Of a DNA stretch of 64,000 nucleotides, positions 10,200 to 18,921 are shown one piece after another (positions within the stretch are counted from its first letter, which is position 1; each line of letters starts with the position of its first letter). The stretch lies in assembly GCA_001029635.1 (NCBI GenBank), contig CP011209.1, positions 350,866 to 414,865 of the forward strand, in the 5' to 3' direction. A model generated the notes under the pieces. It was not told the origin of the DNA. It ran no database searches and worked only from the letters and a program-made list of their open reading frames with translations. The DNA comes from Candidatus Wolfebacteria bacterium GW2011_GWB1_47_1. Lineage in GTDB: Bacteria; Patescibacteriota; Minisyncoccia; UBA6257; UBA9933. A program made the position numbers and the translations under genes.

Positions 10200-10472
10200 A
10201 TGAAGGGGAGAGTAAAGAGAAAGTATCCGTTATTTCGAAACATTCTGATCCGGGTCGAGCACTACGCTAAAGCTTGCGTGGTCCGCAAGGCGGACGCGGA
10301 GCAGGTTGAGCGGTGCTGCATACTGTTGCAAACGTCGGTCGTATCTCATAGTCATCGTGCGGTGGTCATCGCCGAGTTGACACGTATTGCGGGTATGCTC
10401 CCTGAGCACTTCACAGATATGCGTAAGCATATCGAATTTACCCGACAGGAACTTTCTGCGGCCGCGGCATAG
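10200..10472 (+). CDS. Hypothetical protein (90 aa)
   Basis: ATG preceded by the GAGGTGG SD. The GC content looks higher than in neighbouring genes. Confidence 0.5.
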   Translation: MKGRVKRKYPLFRNILIRVEHYAKACVVRKADAEQVERCCILLQTSVVSHSHRAVVIAELTRIAGMLPEHFTDMRKHIEFTRQELSAAAA

Positions 10473-10481
10473 GGAGGAAGT

Positions 10482-10961
10482 ATGACAGAAGAACGCAAAC
10501 CCTGGTATCTGCACACGTTGTCGCGTATGGATGCGCGGGCGAGAGAGCTTTGCCCCAATAACGCCTTGCGTGGGCTAGGCGAACGTATTGTCGCCGCTGA
10601 GCTTTCGGGGTCCGAGTGCGACACAATCGATGCGGAGCTCGAGCGCATGCTCCGGGAAAACGGCAGCCAGTACGACCAGATGGGTCTCAGCTTTCTCAAG
10701 CATTTTCAAGAGCAGGTCAGGAGGTGGCCGTGGTACGTTACGCTGCTTGAACAGATGGCCGAGTACGCACGCACATCGGGGTTCATGCGCAATTTGCGTG
10801 AGGCGGGCGAAGATCTTCGCCTTTCCTACATGGATGCGGTGGAGTACGAATCGGTCGTTACGGAGCTCGAGCGCATGGTACGTGAAGATCAGCAGATGTA
10901 TCGTTCTGCGGCTGTGGAGTACCTTATCTGTTTGCGTGCGCAGATCGTTGCTCAAGCGTAG
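10482..10961 (+). CDS. Hypothetical protein (159 aa), predicted all-alpha
   Basis: Strong GGGAGG SD 6 nt upstream, 9 nt after the previous stop. GC-rich. No recognisable motif. Confidence 0.55.
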   Translation: MTEERKPWYLHTLSRMDARARELCPNNALRGLGERIVAAELSGSECDTIDAELERMLRENGSQYDQMGLSFLKHFQEQVRRWPWYVTLLEQMAEYARTSGFMRNLREAGEDLRLSYMDAVEYESVVTELERMVREDQQMYRSAAVEYLICLRAQIVAQA

Positions 10962-10982
10962 CGCTCACACACTCTTTGTAGT

Positions 10983-11010
10983 ATGCCCCGCACATGCGGG
11001 GCATTTTTTA
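10983..11010 (+). terminator. Rho-independent terminator
   Basis: atgccccgcacatgcggggcat hairpin followed by tttttt. Confidence 0.6.
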
Positions 11011-11089
11011 TACTTGCAAAACCATTTTTATGATGGTATTTTTATTTTTAGCAATTATCTTTCAAATATGGATAAAGGGAGGTAACTCG

Positions 11090-11404
11090 ATGCCTGATTG
11101 CGTGCAGTTGGTATGGCATGAAAATGTCCTGAAGTTTATGGGGCATGAGATCCGGGCAGCACACACCGAGCGGCGATTAATTAACAGTGCTGTAATGCAT
11201 CATTGGGTGGAATACATCCGCACTACAAAAAAGACGTCGAAGGAGCGTAGGGCAATTGTCGTGGGCTTGGACCAGCTCCTGAGCTCTATGCCCAATGACG
11301 AAGCAACGTTGTTCTCTAAGTTGGACGTAAAAACGTTGCGGCATTATCTCGAAGACCCTCCTCGGCGTATCTGTAAAAAACCTTTACCTATAGCGGCTGT
11401 ATAA
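11090..11404 (+). CDS. Hypothetical protein (104 aa)
   Basis: GGGAGG SD 7 nt upstream of ATG 11090. The track ORF start 10994 lies inside the upstream terminator hairpin and is rejected. Confidence 0.5.
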   Translation: MPDCVQLVWHENVLKFMGHEIRAAHTERRLINSAVMHHWVEYIRTTKKTSKERRAIVVGLDQLLSSMPNDEATLFSKLDVKTLRHYLEDPPRRICKKPLPIAAV

Positions 11405-11416
11405 GCTGTAGCCACA

Positions 11417-11446
11417 AAGCCCCATTTTGGGGCTTTTTTGTTTTGG
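11417..11446 (+). terminator. Rho-independent terminator
   Basis: aaagcccca-tttt-ggggcttt hairpin followed by a T-run. Confidence 0.6.
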
Positions 11447-11541
11447 TTGGTTCTTTGGATGCTTTTATGGAGGTAAATCATCATATTTGTCCTAATTTTG
11501 AGGCTTTATTCTTTAACCGGTATACTTTATACTTGGTTTAA

Positions 11542-12513
11542 ATGGCAAGAGTTATTGCAGTCTATAATCAGAAAGGGGGTGTGGCTAAAACGACGACCTG
11601 TGTAAACTTGTCGGCTTATTTGGCGCTTGAAGGTAAGAGGGTCTTGTTGATCGACTTCGATCCTCAGGCAAATGCCAGCTCCGGATTGGGCCACCCTGCG
11701 AAGCTGAATGAATTAAGCATCTATCATGGATTGTTCGGATTAGCCGAGCCTGAGACGCTCGTGAAGCCGACCATTTTTTATAACTACCATCTTATCCCTT
11801 CGAGCCAACATCTTGCCGGTGCGCTCATCGAATTGGTGAACATTCCCGAGCGTGAGTATAAGCTCAAACAATTCATCGACAAGGTTCGTGATACGTATGA
11901 CTATATTTTCATCGATATGCCACCTTCATTGAGCCTGTTGACCATTAATGGATTGGTCGCGGCCGATGAGATCGTTATCCCCGTGCAGAGTCACTACTTT
12001 AGTATGGAAGGGTTGAGTCAGCTGCTCGAGATCATTGAACTAGTACATAAGAATATTTCCGAGCAGGGCTTGAAGGTCTCAGGGGCGGTCATGACCATGT
12101 TCGACGAGAACGAACCGCTTTCGCATAAAATCGCGAATGATATTGCAGAGAACTTTCCGCACAATATTTTTAAAACGCGCATCCCTCGATCATCAGCATT
12201 GTCCGAGGCACCGAGCTATGGGCGCCCCGTCATTCTTCACGATCCGAATTCTACGGGCGCACGCGCCTATGAGCAGCTCGCCAAGGAAATAATCGCGCAA
12301 GAGGCTCCGGCTAAGTCGTTTCAAATGCCGGCGCAACAGTATACCCCGCAAGCGCCCGCACCGCAGACGACACCGTTGCCAAACGAAGCCGATGTGCTAA
12401 TTGATATTAATGCGCATCCTCAGCCCGCACCGCAGCATCCTTCGCAGACTGCGTTTGACCAGCGTCCGACAAATCCGGAAGAAGAAATACACGATGAAGC
12501 TTTTTACATCTAA
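11542..12513 (+). CDS. parA: Chromosome partitioning ATPase ParA/Soj with a ~70-aa low-complexity P/Q/A-rich C-terminal tail
   Basis: Deviant Walker A motif NQKGGVAKTTT. ParA core up to about residue 250, then QEAPAKSFQMPAQQYTPQAPAPQTTP... Confidence 0.85.
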   Translation: MARVIAVYNQKGGVAKTTTCVNLSAYLALEGKRVLLIDFDPQANASSGLGHPAKLNELSIYHGLFGLAEPETLVKPTIFYNYHLIPSSQHLAGALIELVNIPEREYKLKQFIDKVRDTYDYIFIDMPPSLSLLTINGLVAADEIVIPVQSHYFSMEGLSQLLEIIELVHKNISEQGLKVSGAVMTMFDENEPLSHKIANDIAENFPHNIFKTRIPRSSALSEAPSYGRPVILHDPNSTGARAYEQLAKEIIAQEAPAKSFQMPAQQYTPQAPAPQTTPLPNEADVLIDINAHPQPAPQHPSQTAFDQRPTNPEEEIHDEAFYI

Positions 12514-12516
12514 CCT

Positions 12517-13770
12517 ATGATAGGACAGGGACTTAATTCATTAATACCGCCGAGGGATCCCAATCAGGGGAATCAATCGACATCGCAACATGCTGCTTCG
12601 GTGAACCAGCCACAGACGCAACCACATGCGCCTATTTTGCATATCCCGCAGCCTCTTCAGCGAGCTCAGGACGTTGCACAGTCTCAGTCGGCGTCGCAGC
12701 AATCGCCGATCGTTGAGGTAATCCATGTCGATCGCGAACAGCTTCGTGCTGATGAGCATGCCGAGATTGTGGTCGAATCGATCCGCTCCATGGATCATCC
12801 GCAGGTGGTAGGTATTTCCATGACTCCAGCAGAACGAGCTGAGATCGCGAGTGATGTCGCATACCAACCGCTTGGACATGAAGATCACGAGTATGCTACT
12901 AAGCGCGCTGCAGGATTTTCGAAACGCACTGCGTTGGGGGATGCGATTTTTCATATCGAAGTAGATAAGATCAAGCCGAACCCCTATCAGCCCCGGAAAC
13001 ATTTTGACGAGACTGCCTTAAAGGATCTCGCCAACTCCATTCGGGAATTTGGTATTTTGCAGCCACTCGTCGTTTCTAAGGTGGAGACTGAGAGCGAGCA
13101 TGGAACCCATGTAGAATATCAGCTCATCGCAGGGGAACGCCGCTTAATGGCGTCGAAGCGCGCAGGTCTGGAGCGTGTACCGGTTATCATCCGTCAAGCG
13201 GCGGAGCGTGCCGAGCAGCTCGAACTTGCGATTATCGAGAACCTGCAGCGTGAAAATTTGGATACCATCGAGACTGCTCGCTCGTATGCGCGCCTACAGG
13301 ATGAATTTGGCATGACGCAACGCGAGGTAGCCGCACGTCTTGGCAAGAGCCGTGAGGTTGTCGGCAACGCATTGCGTTTATTGAGCTTGCCGGTAGAAAT
13401 CCAGGATGCATTGGCGCATAATCAGATTAACGAAAGCCAAGCACGCTTATTGCTTTCTATTCCCAATGTGACGGTGCAGAAGCAATTATTCGCCGATCTG
13501 CTGACGAAAAACTTCAGCGTGCGCGAGCTGAAAGCGAAGATCAAGAGTATTCATAATCCGCCCGTTGCAAACGATCGACCGGTATTCGACGGACAGGCAC
13601 AGTCAGAAGATGCAGAACTGCGTGGCCTCCAAAACCGCTTAAAGGACGCACTCGGAACCGATGTGAAGATCGAAAAGCGCGGAGAAAGCGGCAAGATCGT
13701 CATCAGTTTTTATTCCCCTGAAGAATTGTATGGGGTTGTGAAAAGGATCAACCCACGAGGGGATTTATGA
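12517..13770 (+). CDS. parB: Chromosome partitioning protein ParB/Spo0J with a ~130-aa Q/P/S-rich N-terminal extension
   Basis: ParB box (LIAGERRLMASKRAGLERVPVII) and an HTH. The ATG is 3 nt after the parA stop. Confidence 0.85.
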   Translation: MIGQGLNSLIPPRDPNQGNQSTSQHAASVNQPQTQPHAPILHIPQPLQRAQDVAQSQSASQQSPIVEVIHVDREQLRADEHAEIVVESIRSMDHPQVVGISMTPAERAEIASDVAYQPLGHEDHEYATKRAAGFSKRTALGDAIFHIEVDKIKPNPYQPRKHFDETALKDLANSIREFGILQPLVVSKVETESEHGTHVEYQLIAGERRLMASKRAGLERVPVIIRQAAERAEQLELAIIENLQRENLDTIETARSYARLQDEFGMTQREVAARLGKSREVVGNALRLLSLPVEIQDALAHNQINESQARLLLSIPNVTVQKQLFADLLTKNFSVRELKAKIKSIHNPPVANDRPVFDGQAQSEDAELRGLQNRLKDALGTDVKIEKRGESGKIVISFYSPEELYGVVKRINPRGDL

Positions 13771-13873
13771 TTTAAGAATTGACACCAATACAGAGTGTTA
13801 TTCCCGCTCATTCAACGAGCTCGGTCCGTCAGCCGACGGATCCGACGGGAATCCATAACAATAAATAAATTCT

Positions 13874-14425
13874 GTGGATAAATTTCAGGTTGCAAAAAAT
13901 AAGATCGTCGAGGTTGTCAGTCATTCCGAAAAATATGAAGACCCGGGGCATTCTTTAAATACGTTACATTGGGTATTGAAGTTAAACCCAGATGCCGATG
14001 AAATAGTACAACTCGCTGCATTGGCCCATGATATTGAGCGCGGTATAGAAAACCGGCTGACTGTTGATATGTTTGAAACATATAAGGCATATAAAGGTGC
14101 GCATGCGATCAAGGCGGCCGAACTTGCGTCAGGGATCATTAGTGATGCCGGATATTCCGATCAAGATGCAATGCGGCTGTTTGCTATCATTAAAGATGCG
14201 GAAACCGGGAGTGATGATCCCGACGTCAACCTGATCATGGATGCAGACAGTATTTCATTTTTTGATTATATAATCGAGTATTATTTTAAAGCGAAGGATG
14301 CAGAGCGTACTAAAAAGAAAATGTGGTTTGCGTATGATCGCGCTTCGAATCGATCAAAAAAGATAATTGACGGCATCTTGGAATCAAAGCCGTTCTTTCA
14401 AAAGTTATTTAAAGAACGTAATTGA
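13874..14425 (+). CDS. HD domain protein (metal-dependent phosphohydrolase-like)
   Basis: H...LAALAHDIER motif. GTG start as in the ORF track. Confidence 0.55.
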   Translation: MDKFQVAKNKIVEVVSHSEKYEDPGHSLNTLHWVLKLNPDADEIVQLAALAHDIERGIENRLTVDMFETYKAYKGAHAIKAAELASGIISDAGYSDQDAMRLFAIIKDAETGSDDPDVNLIMDADSISFFDYIIEYYFKAKDAERTKKKMWFAYDRASNRSKKIIDGILESKPFFQKLFKERN

Positions 14426-15015
14426 TGCATCCCACCTATCACACAATCGAAGAAATGATCGAGATGCTGTCGGAACCGAATCGAGGGACCTGTAAGACGA
14501 TCCTTGCTGATAATCGGGAATTGCTCCAGGCTGTACATGGTTCGAGTAATAATCATCAGGTATGGCAGGTCGGATATTTTGATCATGTGCAGGAAACGAT
14601 GAACATCGTGGTGATGTTGTATAATGCGCTGAATCCGTTGCGGCCATTCCCGTTCACATTGGCGGATGCGCTGCTGGTTAACTTTTTCCACGACATCGAA
14701 AAGCCGTGGAAGTATGAGCTTGGTGAGGATGGAAAATTGTATTATCGAGAAGAGCTAAAAGATAAAGAAGCGCAACGTATCTTCCGCATGCAGAAAATGC
14801 ATGAGTACGGCATCCGCCTGACCGAAGAGCAGGACAACGCCATGTGGTATGTGGAAGGGGAATTCGCCGACTATACCAACGAGCGGCGTGTGATGGGGCC
14901 GCTTGCGGCATTTTGCCATATGTGCGACGTGGCGAGCGCGCGGATCTGGTTTGACCACCCCCGACAACAGCATGGCCCGCTTCATGGAGCGGAGCGTATG
15001 CAGGATATTACGTAA
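14425..15015 (+). CDS. HD domain protein (second, translationally coupled)
   Basis: HQ...FHDIEKP motif. ATG 14425 overlaps the upstream TGA by 1 nt (TGATG). The track start 14422 is TTG. Confidence 0.55.
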   Translation: MHPTYHTIEEMIEMLSEPNRGTCKTILADNRELLQAVHGSSNNHQVWQVGYFDHVQETMNIVVMLYNALNPLRPFPFTLADALLVNFFHDIEKPWKYELGEDGKLYYREELKDKEAQRIFRMQKMHEYGIRLTEEQDNAMWYVEGEFADYTNERRVMGPLAAFCHMCDVASARIWFDHPRQQHGPLHGAERMQDIT

Positions 15016-15017
15016 TG

Positions 15018-15060
15018 AATTTGTTGAAGTTTTCGCGATCGCGAAAAACTTCAACAAATT
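15018..15060. repeat. 43-nt perfect palindrome centred on CGCGATCGCG
   Basis: aatttgttgaagttttt-cgcgatcgcg-aaaaacttcaacaaatt, starting 3 nt after the HD gene stop. Confidence 0.8.
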
Positions 15061-15069
15061 GGCATAGTA

Positions 15070-15100
15070 AAAAGCCCCGATTCTTGTGAGCGGGGCTTTT
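15070..15100 (+). terminator. Rho-independent terminator
   Basis: aaagccccg-attcttgtga-gcggggctttt. Confidence 0.6.
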
Positions 15101-15115
15101 GATCGAGTCTTTGTT

Positions 15116-15155
15116 GCATTACTTTTATCTGACGATCGTCAGATAAAAGTAATGC
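15116..15155. repeat. 40-nt perfect palindrome centred on GATC
   Basis: gcattacttttatctgac-gatc-gtcagataaaagtaatgc. Confidence 0.8.
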
Positions 15156-15299
15156 ATATATGAATACTCATTTACATATTTTTTTATCTACTCAACCAAC
15201 GCATATTTCGGACAAAAGATTAGCGTCATAGCAGGCGATACTATTTGCCACCACATTCACCCTTCCCGGTTCTTGGGAAAAGACATGCGAGCGGAAACA

Positions 15300-15640
15300 T
15301 ACACCATAGTAACGGAACATGGTTGTCATCCCGTGCTCCGACACGGGATCCAGAGTTTTTGCACCCGTGATGTTACCCTATAGGACTCTGGATTCAGGCT
15401 CGTGGGTCGGAATGACAATGCGTGTGTCATCCCATGCCACGACACGAGATCCAGGTTCACAACCCTAAAACTATTTTCCCACAACAATACTGGATACCGG
15501 CCTCCGCCGATATGACAATGTAACCGAAGCCCTATTAAGGTATCGTAAATTACTTTGGCCGAAATGTGCGTTGGTTATACATTAATGGAAGTGGATTCCC
15601 GCCTTCGCGGGAATGACAATTCTTATTAACGACACTCAGT
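15300..15640. repeat. Degenerate tandem array of ~100-bp units in a 560-bp non-coding region
   Basis: Units start near 15315, 15410, 15516 and 15615. Each ends in (G)AATGACAAT and contains a hairpin of the tcccg-loop-cggga type. Units 1 and 2 (GTTGTCATCCCGTGCTCCGACACGGGATCCAG vs GTGTGTCATCCCATGCCACGACACGAGATCCAG) are about 75% identical. Confidence 0.5.
15594..15621. repeat. REP-like hairpin repeat, copy 1
   Basis: Same element as 40003-40028. Diverged relatives at 18991-19030 (CCTTCGCTGAAATGACAGA), 15404-15420 and 15511-15527. Confidence 0.6.
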
Positions 15641-15662
15641 GCTGCCAATTATGGGAGTGGTT

Positions 15663-15702
15663 AAAAAAATAAAGCCCCGACTCTTGCGAGTGGGGCTTTT
15701 TA
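15663..15702. terminator. Bidirectional terminator, near-identical to the one at 15070-15100
   Basis: A-run, then aaagccccg-actcttgcga-gtggggcttttt. Terminates the minus-strand pyrEF-like gene. Confidence 0.6.
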
Positions 15703-15723
15703 GGCATGAGGATAAAGGAGGAG

Positions 15724-17064
15724 CTAGCGCTTGATACCGAGCTCGTCGGTCATGACGCGGTTGAACTCGGCGACCGGGTCGGCTGCTTTGGTGAACTGGC
15801 TTCCGGCGACGAGTTTTGTTGCGCCGCTGGCAAGTGCGTCTTCGTGCGGTACGATGTTTTTCTGCGAACCTGCTGCCGCTCCGGGTGAGCGTGTGCCAGG
15901 GACGACAAACTCGTTGCCCGGGTATCGGCTCGCCAGTTCTCTTACCTCGTTGCCGGAGCATACGAATCCGTGACAGCCGGCGTTTTTGCCGATGGTCGCC
16001 AGAGTGGCCACCTCGTCGTTGCGGTTGCAGTGGTAGATCGTGTCGCATTCCTGCTCGTCGATCGAGGTGAGTACCGTGATAGCGAGCACCTTGGTCGGCG
16101 TTCCTTCGAATGCGCGCACTGCTGCGCGTACGGATTCGCCGCTTGCGTTGGCGTGCACGGTGACGGCCCAGGGCGGATCGTTGCGGTATTCCAGGCAGGT
16201 GTTGTAGATGGTGTCGGGTGTATCGCTTCCCTTGAAGTCGATCATGGTGCGCCCGTAGGTGTGGACATCGCGGACAATGTGGCTCCGTTCCTGGTTGTGC
16301 AGTAGGTTGTTCATCTTGAGGATTGCACCGGTGGGGCGCAGGATATCCATGAGCGGCAGGGCGGTGTCCCAGTCCATGCCATCCAAGGCCCAGATAAACG
16401 GGTTCTTCTCTTCCATCTCCGGCTCACAGCGTTGCATGAGCCCGAAGGTGTTGATGAGATGCCTCCTGACGGTGTGCAGATCGGTGCCTGCCCAGGTGGG
16501 CAGGTTGATGCCGAGTTCGGTGAACTTCTGCCGCCAGCCCTGCATGCGATCGACCATGATGACCAGATACGGGGTGCCGCCCTTTGCGGTGATCGCGTAG
16601 TAGGGCTTGATCTTCGATTTGCCGTCGGTCATGACGTCGTCGTACATGCCGATGATCTCTCCGGGTCTCATGTCGCCGATGATCACGCCTTGGGTGGCAC
16701 GACCAGGCTTCGCTTCTTCGCGGATAGTGATCGCGGGGATGCCGAGGCGCTCCTGGATCGATCCCGAAAGGTTGCTCACCGCCAACGGTACGTCTGCGAT
16801 GCGGTTGACGCCGAGGCGCTTGAGCGCCACGGCGTAGCGGTCGGAGAGGAAGGCGACGCCTTCGGCGAACTTACGGCTTTCGCGGATGTTGATGTAGATA
16901 TCCGTTAGTCCGCCGTTTGCCAGGGGGAGCCTTCTGCTGTTATCCATCTTGATCATGTCGTAGTAGACGAGGCCTGCTACGAGCTGCTCCTGCTCCGAGG
17001 GGTCTAAGAAGAACCCCGCCGGAAATTCCGGGTTGAATAACGTGTTCCTGATGTTTTTTTGCAC
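15724..17064 (-). CDS. Bifunctional orotate phosphoribosyltransferase / orotidine-5'-phosphate decarboxylase (UMP synthase-like PyrE-PyrF fusion)
   Basis: N-terminal PRTase motif IIGMYDDVMTDGKS. C-terminal ODCase motifs (IWALDGMD, MIDFKGSDTPDT = DxKxxDxPxT, ITVLTS, VVPGTRSPG). GTG start with GGAGG SD 6 nt upstream. GC looks near 60%, well above neighbouring genes. Confidence 0.75.
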   Translation of the reverse strand: MQKNIRNTLFNPEFPAGFFLDPSEQEQLVAGLVYYDMIKMDNSRRLPLANGGLTDIYINIRESRKFAEGVAFLSDRYAVALKRLGVNRIADVPLAVSNLSGSIQERLGIPAITIREEAKPGRATQGVIIGDMRPGEIIGMYDDVMTDGKSKIKPYYAITAKGGTPYLVIMVDRMQGWRQKFTELGINLPTWAGTDLHTVRRHLINTFGLMQRCEPEMEEKNPFIWALDGMDWDTALPLMDILRPTGAILKMNNLLHNQERSHIVRDVHTYGRTMIDFKGSDTPDTIYNTCLEYRNDPPWAVTVHANASGESVRAAVRAFEGTPTKVLAITVLTSIDEQECDTIYHCNRNDEVATLATIGKNAGCHGFVCSGNEVRELASRYPGNEFVVPGTRSPGAAAGSQKNIVPHEDALASGATKLVAGSQFTKAADPVAEFNRVMTDELGIKR

Positions 17065-17175
17065 GCACTACCTCCTTTGTCGTTGTGTGGTACTGCTTAG
17101 CTTTTACCATTAAATTACGGAAGTGTAAAGGTTCTTTATCAGGTGGTATATGGCCAAAGGTGGTATACTTATGAC

Positions 17176-18921
17176 ATGAGAATCACCAACGCCGAAATAG
17201 CACAGCTACTCAGCGAAATCGCAGAATATCTTGAAATGGACGATGTTCCCTTCAAGCCGCGCGCATACCAAAAGGTTGCGGATGTTATCGAGAGTCTGGA
17301 TGAGGAAATCGTAGAGATCTACAAGAAGGGTGGGCTGAAGGCGATCGGAGCGATTCCGGGCGTTGGTATTTCGATCGCCAAAACGATCGAGGAATATGTC
17401 ACGACAGGGCGGGTTGCCTATCATGAAGAATTGAAAAAGAAGATCCCCGTTGACCTGCGCAGTCTGACTGCAGTGGAGGGGCTTGGACCGAAGAAGATTA
17501 AAAAGTTGTACAAGCAGATCGGGATCAAGAATTTGCAGGATCTTGAAGTGGCTGCTACTTCAGGCAAGCTCGCCGAAGTTGAGGGGTTCGGTGTAAAGTC
17601 GGCCGAGAATATTTTGAAAGGGATCGAATTTCTAAAGACTTCCGGGGGGAGGCTTATTTTAGGGGATACATTCCCCGCGATCGCGCATATTAAAGAGGAG
17701 CTGGAGAAGATTAAGGGGGTAGAGCGCGTTGATATCGTCGGTTCTGCGCGACGGAAGAGGGAAACGGTCGGAGACTTTGACCTTTTAGTTATCGCAAAAG
17801 ATTCGCAGCCAGTTATGGACTTTTTTGTTCAAATGGACGAAGTAGTTCATGTTTACGCACAGGGTGAAACTAAATCGTCGGTTCGGATCCGGTCTGGCGT
17901 GGATGTCGATATTCGTGTTGTATCTAAAGAATCGTACGGAGCTGCGTTACTGTATTTTACTGGCTCAAAGGCTCATAACGTGACATTGAGACAATTAGCA
18001 ATCAAGAAGGGGTTGAAGCTAAATGAATATGGTTTATATCGTATGAAGGGCAATAAGGAAGAGAAGATGGTCGCAGGCGACACGGAAGAGGGAATCTATA
18101 ATATGTTAGGGATGACATATATCGAACCTGAAATGCGTGAAGATATGGGCGAAGTTGACCTTGCTCAGAATCATCGATTGCCTACGCTTATCGAGTACGA
18201 TGCAATTAGGGGCGACCTGCAGATCCAAACCAACTGGAGTGATGGTTCTAATACCATTGAAGAATATGTCGATGCGGCTATGCAGATGGGGCTGGAATAC
18301 ATCGTCATCACTGACCATACCAAGCGACTCACTGTCGCCAATGGATTGGATGAACAACGCCTACTGGAACAGATGAAAGCAATTGATGCCGTGAATGCGA
18401 AACTTAAAAAAGAAGGAAAGAGGTTTGCGGTACTTAAAGGGAGTGAGGTAGACATCCTGAAAGACGGATCCCTTGATATTGCCGATGAAGTGTTGCGACA
18501 GCTGGACGTCGTTGGCGCATCGGTGCATTCTTATTTCAATCTTTCGCGGGAGCTGCAGACAAAGCGCATCATTGCTGCGATGGAAAACCCGAACGTGGAT
18601 ATTATCTTTCATCCGACGGGGCGAGTCATTAATCGGCGTCCTGCGTATGATGTTGATATGGATGCGATCATCGACGCGGCAAAGCGGACAAAGACAATTC
18701 TGGAGATTAATGCGTTTCCCGATCGGCTCGATCTGAAGGAGGAGTATGTCCGTAAGTGCGTACAAAAAGGTGTGCTGCTTTCCATCGATACCGACGCACA
18801 CTCAATCAACCATTTACAGTTCCTTGTTTGGGGTATTGGGCAGGCCCGTAGGGGGTGGGCGGAGCAGAGCAATATTGTTAATGCATGGCCCGTGGAGAAG
18901 ATGAAGAAGATGCTTAAATAA
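17176..18921 (+). CDS. polX: DNA polymerase X family with C-terminal PHP phosphoesterase domain
   Basis: Pol beta-like HhH N-terminus, nucleotidyltransferase GDFDLLV motif, PHP domain (HTKRL...HS...). The track start 17143 is GTG; ATG 17176 has an AAGGTGG SD. Confidence 0.8.
   Translation: MRITNAEIAQLLSEIAEYLEMDDVPFKPRAYQKVADVIESLDEEIVEIYKKGGLKAIGAIPGVGISIAKTIEEYVTTGRVAYHEELKKKIPVDLRSLTAVEGLGPKKIKKLYKQIGIKNLQDLEVAATSGKLAEVEGFGVKSAENILKGIEFLKTSGGRLILGDTFPAIAHIKEELEKIKGVERVDIVGSARRKRETVGDFDLLVIAKDSQPVMDFFVQMDEVVHVYAQGETKSSVRIRSGVDVDIRVVSKESYGAALLYFTGSKAHNVTLRQLAIKKGLKLNEYGLYRMKGNKEEKMVAGDTEEGIYNMLGMTYIEPEMREDMGEVDLAQNHRLPTLIEYDAIRGDLQIQTNWSDGSNTIEEYVDAAMQMGLEYIVITDHTKRLTVANGLDEQRLLEQMKAIDAVNAKLKKEGKRFAVLKGSEVDILKDGSLDIADEVLRQLDVVGASVHSYFNLSRELQTKRIIAAMENPNVDIIFHPTGRVINRRPAYDVDMDAIIDAAKRTKTILEINAFPDRLDLKEEYVRKCVQKGVLLSIDTDAHSINHLQFLVWGIGQARRGWAEQSNIVNAWPVEKMKKMLK

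Noticed and set aside
10994-11089. ORF start at 10994 (MRGIFYTCKTIF...)
   Set aside because: The ATG lies inside the terminator hairpin 10983-11004. A GGGAGG SD precedes ATG 11090.
11440-11541. parS centromere site near parAB
   Set aside because: No sequence resembling TGTTNCACGTGAAACA was seen upstream of parA or within parB.
15300-15640. CRISPR array
   Set aside because: The repeats are about 75% identical and about 100 bp long. There are no short exact direct repeats with unique spacers and no cas genes.
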